Origin: the human T2T-CHM13v2.0 reference genome, Homo sapiens
Length of the DNA stretch: 64,000 nucleotides
Reading direction: 5' to 3' (one strand)
Assembly (NCBI RefSeq): GCF_009914755.1
Contig: NC_060936.1
This document shows, in pieces, positions 55,837 through 64,000 of the stretch; the stretch's first letter is position 1; each line of letters begins with the position of its first letter. Both the position numbers and the translations under genes were made by a program. The notes below the pieces were generated by a model, which saw only the letters and a list, made by a program, of their open reading frames with translations, ran no database searches and had not been told where the DNA came from.

Positions 55837-56586
55837 TGACTTGGGGAGAAGGGGCTGGGTGTTAGCTGGGTGACACCTATCAACCCTCTCCAGCCATGGA
55901 GGAACCATGCATCCCTATATTTGTGCTGTCCAAGGAGAAGGTAAATAATGTTGTGGTTGTTACAGCACAAGTTGAGAGTGTGTTGGATGAGGGAGAGGCA
56001 GGAGGTAGGGCTCATGGAGGGGCCCCAAGCCCTTTCAAAGGCATATTTGTTCAGGTAGCATTTTCTGAGCACATTCTGTGTGGTGGGTATGGATGGAGTT
56101 GAATAAGCCTAGTCTGCACTGCCATGCCTCTGTGCAGGACACAGCCTGTCTTGCAGCAGCCTGCACACTGGTCTCTATGTCTCCTTCCCTTCTCCCTTAC
56201 TTTCACACCAACCCATCCTTCATTAAATCTCTGTTGGTGTTCCCCCAAGATCACCCCACTGCTACTCCCACTCCCAAATCCCAGCCCCGCTTACGAGGTG
56301 CCTCGCTGCCTGCAGTAGATAAGCCTGGCAAATGGGGATCCCATGGCCTGGCCCTGGCCCACTCTCCAGCCTCATTCCTCACCACCCCTCTTGGCCGAGC
56401 CCTGTCCCGTCGCTGCTACCCCACAGGTGGCCCAGCTACACCGAGCTCCTTGCTGACTTCTAAACTCAGTGAGGCCTCTTCATTCTCTGGGCCATGGCTT
56501 CTACACACACCAGCCCTTGCCTATCCAGGTGTGCCCTGGAGGTGGGAGGGGCCTTAGTCAGAGGCTCTCATCATCCCCTCTTCTCC

Positions 56587-56951
56587 TGTATCAGTCTGTG
56601 AGGGCAGCCATAACAAAATACCCAGGCTTGGGGGCTTAACCACACATGCAGTTCTGGAGGCTGGAAGTCCAAAGGCAAGGTGTCAGCAGGGTGGATTTCT
56701 GGTGAGGGATCTCCTCTTGCCTTGTAGTTGTCCACCTTCTCACTGTGTCCTCACGTGGTCTTTCCTCTGTGCTCATGAGCCCTTGGTGGCTCTATGTGTG
56801 TCCTAATTGCCTCTTCTAAGGACACCAGTCAGATTGGATGAAGTTAATCACCTCTTTTAAAGCCCTTTTCCCAAATACAGTCACATTCTCAGGTACTGGG
56901 GATTAGGACTTCAACATGAATTTGGAGGGGGGGACAATTCAGGTGGTAACA
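56587..56951 (-). mobile_element. MLT1 (MaLR) solo LTR, MLT1A/B-like
   Basis: tgtatcagtc...gccataacaaaatacc...cagttctggaggctggaagtccaa...caaatacagtcacattctcaggtactggggattaggacttcaacatgaattt...taaca. Confidence 0.88.
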
Positions 56952-57089
56952 CCACCCCTGAGCCATCTCTTCACCTGGTTTCCTGTCTCAGCTCAGGGGT
57001 TACCTGATCCCCGCTTTCCCTTTGGGTCAAGGTTCGATGTCCTCAGGGTGAACCTAACATCTCGTGCATGTGCCTGGCATGGTGATGTT

Positions 57090-57600
57090 TCAAGTGAGAC
57101 ACATGCACAACAGCAAGAAGAAATCAGGACAAAAGAGTATAAAAAGTCAAAGAAAGCATTCTCACCCCCAACCCATCCCACTCCCACTCTTCAGAGGCAA
57201 ATATTATTATTAATGATTTCTTTTGTATCATTCCACCAAATTTCAGTGAGTGCACAAGCACATGCATATCCATAGATGCCTCTTTTTTGGCTTTTTATTT
57301 TGAAATAATTATAGATTCACAGGAAGTTGTAAAAATAGTACACAGAGTTGTGTGAACCCTTTGCCCAGCTGCCCCATTGATGGTGTCTTACGTAAGCATA
57401 GTACAATATCAAAACTACACCTTTTTAAAAAAACTTAGGTTGGATCCTACCCTCCACACTGCCCTCAGCTACCTTTTCTTTATTTAACAACGTTATCTTG
57501 GTGATACTCTCATAGCCTCACAGAGATACCTAGCTTCTTTTTTTAAACAACCACACAGGATTCCAACACAGGGCTTGCCATTATTTATTCAGCATTTTCA
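57090..57600 (-). mobile_element. Old L1 3' fragments
   Basis: ttttattttgaaataattatagattcacaggaagttgtaaaaatagtac is an antisense L1M 3' terminus, lying within a more degenerate L1ME segment. Confidence 0.65.
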
Positions 57601-57858
57601 CCCTTTCTTGCAACTGTCAGTCTCCTGCATGAGTAGGGATCATATCTCAGTGATCTCTGCATTCCTGTCTTCTAAAGCACAGTTCTAAACAAATTGCTCT
57701 AAGAAGTGTATGATGATATGACCCCTGCCCTTAAGAATGTGTTCCTATTGAGTCTTCCTGGGAATTGGGAGCATGTCATCAGGGGGTGAGGAGGTGAGTA
57801 GTTGTATGTCTAGTAGGGGGAGTGGGAAGGTGAGTTCTACCAGAAATCGAGGACATGA

Positions 57859-58140
<282 letters not shown>

Positions 58141-59086
58141 TGATTCTCTTTTACCTATGGAAAGAGAGGGCAAGAGACAGATTTATCTCTTCATAGAAAG
58201 GCTTTTCCCAGAACCAGTGCCTCCTGATTACTAAGATTGGGACTTTTGGTCTCCGTCAGCCAGGCAGTGCTGGTGCTTTCCTGCCCTGATCTGGGTCATT
58301 ATCAGCTGCTGCCCTCCTCACAGGAGCAGTACATGTCTTCCCAGTGGGCAGGAGCAGCCAGGAGGGGGAAGGTGGATTTTACTTTGATCTTGAAGGATTG
58401 GGAAGACTGTGCCTAGCAATGGTGAGAGTAGGGGTAGTGAGGGAGCTGGGGAGGAGCCTTCTTGGGGACAGTGGCTGTGATTGGAAGCTAAGGATGAAGT
58501 CATAGGAGCTGGCTCTGCCTATTCCATCACCAGGATGATGTCTAACCCAGAGCCTGCCCTGCTGATGAGAAAGTCCATGGGCAAGGATGCTCTGGGAAAA
58601 GTTCTAAGTTTCCAAACCCCAGGCTCTATCCCTGCAGCTCTCAGCCATAGTTTTATTTTCCTTGAGATGATCTATTAATATTTCTAGTCTCCAAAGTCAA
58701 GCAGACAGCCTGCTGGACCCTGTCTAGAGATGGCTCCCTGGCTCTGGGGTGTTAGGGATGACATTCTTCATGGTCCCATGTGGAGGAGCCTGGATTAAGC
58801 TCACATCCAGAATCAAGACATCGGCTCTGGGCTGCCTGAAAGATGGCGAGGATTTGCCCTGAGTGTTGAAGGCTCTAACCCAGTGGCTTTCCTTCCTAGT
58901 CTTTCGTCACACCCCCACCACAGTCCTACGTGGCTCAAAGACCAAGGATCTAAACCCAGTTGTGAGCCTACTCCTCTTTTTGCAATTATAGTGTTATGCC
59001 TCCTCCCTTTTGCACAGAATTCTACAAACTTAGGTTCTGAAAGACATTTGGAGGTCCTACAGTCTCCAGTTTGTCATGCCTTGGGG

Positions 59087-59275
59087 AAGTGGTTCTCAAA
59101 GTGTGGTTCCTGGACGGGTAACACCAGTATCACCTGGGAAATTGTTAGAATTGCAAATTCTTGAGCCTCACCCTGGACCTCCTGAATCAGAAACTCTGGG
59201 GGTGGGGGCCAGCCGTCTGTGTCTTAACAAGACCTCCAGGTGATTGCGATGCATGCTCCAGCTTAAGGACCACTG
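59087..59275. mobile_element. MER5A
   Basis: agtggttctcaaagtgtggt...atcacctgggaaattgttagaa...tgaatcagaaactctgggggtgggg...aggaccactg. Confidence 0.88.
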
Positions 59276-59714
59276 CCTCTGTGCAAGACTGCCCTGAACC
59301 AGAGGGTTGAGAATTTGACCAATGTTGACTTTCTTCTGGAAAGGCTATTCCATCTCCTCACTCAGGTATACCCTCAGGCCTCACCAAGACTCTTTGCTTT
59401 CTGGCTGACGTAGATCCCTCTTCTTGGCACATGCCTATATGGGTAGCAATGGGGGTGGGAGAATACTTTGTTGAGTTGCTTTCTCAGCCACCTTCGCGTG
59501 TCAGCGTGGGGGCTCTGTTTCTAGCAGGTAGCAAACTTCTTTCCCAGTTCATGTGGGTTAGCAGTGGGGTATACTCAGACCATCTATATTCTGACAACTG
59601 ACCGAGTAACCCTTTCTGTTTTTATGGATCTCAGATGCACAGACTTAGATTAATCCTAATTCTTGGCTCATGCCATATGTCATTATTGGACCATTCATGG
59701 TTCACTTTTTTTGC

Positions 59715-60050
59715 TAATTTATATATTAATTATATATAATTATATTATATATTAATATAATGAATATCCATGAACTCACCACATAACTCAGCAACTAGAA
59801 TATAAATTAATTACTATTAACTAGAATGTAAATAGTAACTAGAATGAATTAATAAATACTAACAAAATAAATTAATAAATACTAATAAATTTATTAGTAT
59901 TACTATTAGAAGGTAAATACATTAGTTAATATTAAAAATAAATTGTTTTTAACTAAAATATAAATATTGACTAGAAAGACATGGTAATAACTGTAATATA
60001 ATTATAATTAAATGTAAATCAATTAATGCATATTTGCATTAATTTGCTTA
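59715..60050. repeat. AT-rich low-complexity island
   Basis: Very low GC, with recurring actagaa and taataaatact motifs. Confidence 0.85.
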
Positions 60051-61700
60051 CACTTATTGATTCGAGCTATGCCCTGACTCAATGACTGAAATGCTGCCAA
60101 CACCTCTGCATCTTCCTGGATGCCCCACCCCATCCCACCTCCCGTATCGCCTCCAGATGAACATTATCCTGAATTTTGTGTTCCTTATTCCCTTGCTATT
60201 TATGAAAAGTTTTATCACATGGATGTGTGTGCCTAAACAAGGTATTGTTTGGTCTCAGCTGTTTTTGAACTTGATGCAAAGTGTAGCCTGCTGTGTGTGG
60301 TCCCTCTGCATCAACCCCCAACTGAGTCTTCTGTTCTCAGCCCAGTGGTAGCGCGCTCTGCGGGCCACTTAGAAACACATCCCATACCGCACAGCCTGAA
60401 AAATGATCCCTTCTAATGACTCTGACGTCTCTGCAGCTCCAGGCAGAAGCTGTCACAAATAGGCACAGACAGCCAGGGTTCCAGGCTGTGGCAGCCAGTG
60501 GGCACGGTGCCCCCCCCACCACAACACATCCTCAGTGGGGTGGGGGTAGAAGTGGGAACTGGGGCCCCTGGGGCTGCTGTGTAATCCAGGAAAGCCAGGT
60601 AGCAGGTGGAAGGGCAGGAGCCCCAGCAGAAGCAGGCCTGGGTGCAAGCCCTGGTTTTTTCAGGTATCAGCAAGGTAGGCAGATCAGACATTGGAAAGGA
60701 CTTTGGGCAAGTTTACTTTCTGCGCCTTGGGCTCAGGCAGCTCCTTTCTGCCATTGACATCCTGTGACATTGAGTCATTTTCCCACATTAAAGAAGCTTC
60801 TTGGTGCATAGTCCTCAATTCTCCAAAAGGCCTATGAATTCTCTAGAGAATATAATTCCAAACTTACAGCTAGAAAAATTATATCCCAGAAAGGACGACC
60901 AGCCACTTAGCCATTGGTCAGTGAGATGGGAAGCAGGATTCCATTCCCTTTCCAAAAGCACCAGGAAAACTCTGGTGAGAGGCCAGTCCCTGCCATTTGT
61001 ACCCTCAGCTCCCTGTGTTCCCAAGCCCCATCCTTGGTCATAGTGCCCACCCTACTTCTCACTATTTGCCTGAATGTCTTCTCACTGAGGCTGTATGATC
61101 GGGGGAGGAGGGGACAAAGTGGTGTTCATCCCGTTTGCTGTTCCCCAATTCTACAGCCATACCCGGCCTGTGGCAGGCATCCTAAGTGGAAGTCTGTGGA
61201 ATGGTGAATGAATGCACTGCACTGGGAATGCTGCAGGCAGTACTGGTCATGCTCACTTCAAAATGTAGAAGAAAAGCTGCCTAAAGCCTAGAATCAGAGA
61301 GACTGTGATGGGGAAGGGAACTGTGGGAGGGAGAAAAGGGGTATGTGGGGCCAGAATGCTAAGAGCAGGGAGGCATCTTCAGAATGGGGAAGGCTGAAAG
61401 CCAGTTGTACAATCTGGATGGTCATAGATGGGGTTGGGGCAGGGGAAGGGAAAGCTTTCCTCCCTGACAAGGAGAACTCTAGATGTTGTCCACAACCCTT
61501 TCCTGAGCGCCCACCCTTGTGCACGGTGACATTCTGGATGTTTTCCAAGACATTCTCCACCAGTAGAGAGAGGCGGCATATCTTTGCAGACCAGAGCCAT
61601 AGTTGATGGACTAATAAAATCATATACCACTCTAATGACCAAAGACTTGCCTGATGCAATGGCTTAGTAAGTCCCTAACATGGGCCTAATATGTTTTAGG

Positions 61701-61835
61701 TAGGGTGGCCATGTAACGCATCTTTCCATTAAGGACACGTATGCAGGTGAAAGGGAGACCTATTAATCATTATGCCAGGAAAACAGATGTGAACTGGAAC
61801 TGTCCCAGGCACAGCAGGAGGTTTGATCACCCTTA
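61701..61835 (-). mobile_element. MER94 (hAT-Blackjack)
   Basis: TIRs tagggtggccat...gatcaccctta; internal gtgaaaggg...ctattaatcattatgcc. Confidence 0.75.
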
Positions 61836-63369
61836 GTCTATGATCCTTTCCCTTTCTCATCTCATCTCATCCTCACAATACGTCAGGAGGTGAATATCAT
61901 GAGCCATATTCTGCAGATGTGGAAAAGGAGCCCCAGGTCACATCGCATGTCAGTGGCAAAGTGGACACTGGACACGGGGCTATTGTCACCTAATTAATGT
62001 CTTTCCCACTCTACCTTCCCAAAGGAGGTCAGGAGATGCACTGCGATTCAGCCATGGCTGTGTGTCTACGTCACCTGCCCCTCCACGCCCCCCAGAATTA
62101 CTGACTTCAAATCTCTTGGAGTAGAATCAAAACATTGACTTTTACTCAGCTTCTCCTGGGCACTTTGATGGAGAATCAGGATTGGGAAAACTGGTTTAGA
62201 CAATTACTCCATGGCTAATGGGCCCATCATGGAAACGAGATGTTTATGGATGTTCTTAACCCTTTGATGTTGATATCAAGGAAAATAATCATCTTCCTCC
62301 AACTCAAAGTCGGCATGTTTTGGGGACTACCATCAGAGGCAGACCCCATGGCTGACAAATCTGGGCCAGGAAGTCTCTGGGGGTCTCATAAGGCATCGGA
62401 TTAGGTGACAGAAGGAGGCTGCTTGAAATCCCTTTGCCTGAAGGTCTTTAGGAACAGGAGAGAGACACCTGTCTGAGCTGGTGTAGGTGGAAGTGGGGGC
62501 GAGAGTGCTGTCAGTCATACACTGACAGTCTCCACACATAACCAGGAACTATCTTTTGACTATTTAGAGGTAGCTGGCAGAGATGGTTGTTGGGAGCAAG
62601 TGGACTTTGTCTGCAGACAGCAGTATGCCCTGAAGGCCAGAAAGGCTGGATGTGTTCAGGAACCCAGGCAGGGTCTGAAAGGGATAGACTGCACATTCAT
62701 GATCCTCCTTCCCTTTCCAAATGTGCAGGCTGCACTTTCTCCCCATGACCTTGAGTTTGCATCGATTTCCCAAATGCACACACGGAGGGCTACTTGAGTC
62801 TCTCTCCAAACCACTGACATTTGATCAAGCCAGTTCATTGTGAAGGGCAGAGAAAGACAGACTCTTCAGTGCTGTTAAAATTGGCCTTGGGGTTTTGAAA
62901 GCTCTTAGAGGTCACCTGGTCTGAGTCAGTGCATGATCAAGCCCCAGTTGGCGCTGTGTGAACACCTGCCAGGGTGGACCTCAGGTGGCTCATATGATTG
63001 TGGGACAGCTCTAATTCTTGGTAAATTAAAAATCTGCCTTCTAATCATGCCTAGTGACTAGCCTTTGTTCTGCCCCCAAAGCCATGATAAGGCCACATGT
63101 AAGTCTTTCCATGTGACAGCTTTTGAAGTGTTTTGAAGACCCTTATCTTATCCCCAAGTCTTCTCATCTTTATCCTTAGTCCTAAAAAAAAAAAAAAAGA
63201 AATCCTGGTAGAGGAATGCAACAGCCCAAACCAAGAGGAACTTCCTGTAATAAGATGGGTTCTTCTGCAGTCTGTAGATTCCAAAGGCCCCCAGGGTAAC
63301 TGGAGTACATTGAACTCCAGTACGAGTACATTGAAGCACTACAGACATTTGCTCTTTGGGTTCTTACCA

Positions 63370-63800
63370 TCATTCATTTATTCAATACTCGTAGATCTAC
63401 CAAGCACAGAGGCAGGCACCGAGGAAGCAAGGCTGGCCCGGTCCCTGCCCTCATGGAGCTTACAGTCCATGGAGGATGCAGACAAACGGGGATGGGGGGA
63501 AGGCATTTATCTTGTGTGACAGGCACCGCAATAACAGGAGCTCAGGGTGCCTTGGGAGCTCTCAGTCCAGGTTTTGCGGGTCAGGCAAGGCTTCCCAGAG
63601 GAAGGATGAGGAAGAGAGAGGCTGGAAAGGAGGGAGAGGAAGGATTTCAGAGACAGCTGCTGGCAAGGACGGTGGCCTCTGAGGCAGAACTCCTCACATT
63701 TAACTGGAGAATATATCGTGTGCTGAGAGGGGAGGGAAGAGACTCAATGGCAGATATGGGGGAGGCGCAAGTACCACTATGGCTTTGGGTCATACAGGAT
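63370..63800 (-). mobile_element. L2 fragment
   Basis: cattcatttattcaatac...gtccctgccctcatggagcttacagtc. Confidence 0.7.
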
Positions 63801-63956
63801 GAATGAGCTGTGGGCCAGCATTAGGGCTGTGGAACAAGAACCATCCCTCATTTCTTTCTGATCTGGTTAGGAAGATACACCTGAAACCCTACAGCAGGTC
63901 TGGGCCAAGGTGCTAGGTTTAGTTCCCCGTGCACAGAGAAGCAGGCAGGGAAAGCT

Positions 63957-64000
63957 CTTTTTTTTTTTTTTTTTTTTTGAGACAGGGTCTCACTCACTGG
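63957..64000 (-). mobile_element. Alu 3' end (continues beyond the window)
   Basis: Poly(T) followed by gagacagggtctcactc. Confidence 0.9.

Overview
This window is primate (very probably human, chr12p13.3) genomic DNA from inside PRMT8, the neuron-enriched type I protein arginine methyltransferase. It holds seven consecutive coding exons on the + strand (exons 2-8 of the canonical 10-exon model). They splice through GT-AG introns into one uninterrupted frame from V26 to T326 of the 394-aa protein as I recall it. Exon 1 lies upstream of the window and exons 9-10 downstream. The other ~98% is intron, filled with old L1, L2, MIR and L3 fragments, nine Alu copies, DNA-transposon relics (MER44, MER5, MER30, MER63, MER94, Tigger2a, MADE2), two solo LTRs and several tandem repeats. 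Repeat names come from recalled consensus sequences, not a RepeatMasker run, and old-repeat boundaries are approximate. Almost all ORF-track entries are spurious. I see no new gene, RNA gene or CRISPR-like system. The best lead is a nested inverted-Alu architecture: all five Alus 5' of exon 7 are sense and all four 3' of it are antisense. Combined with the exon phases, this predicts several back-spliced circles (exons 5-8, 7-8, 4-7, 2-7) with stop-free, in-frame ORFs. Other leads are a ~92%-identical local duplication in intron 1 that keeps a perfect ERR/SF-1 element next to MEF2 sites, an AluS/AluY chimera, and an atypical monomeric Alu with a 19-bp target-site duplication (TSD).
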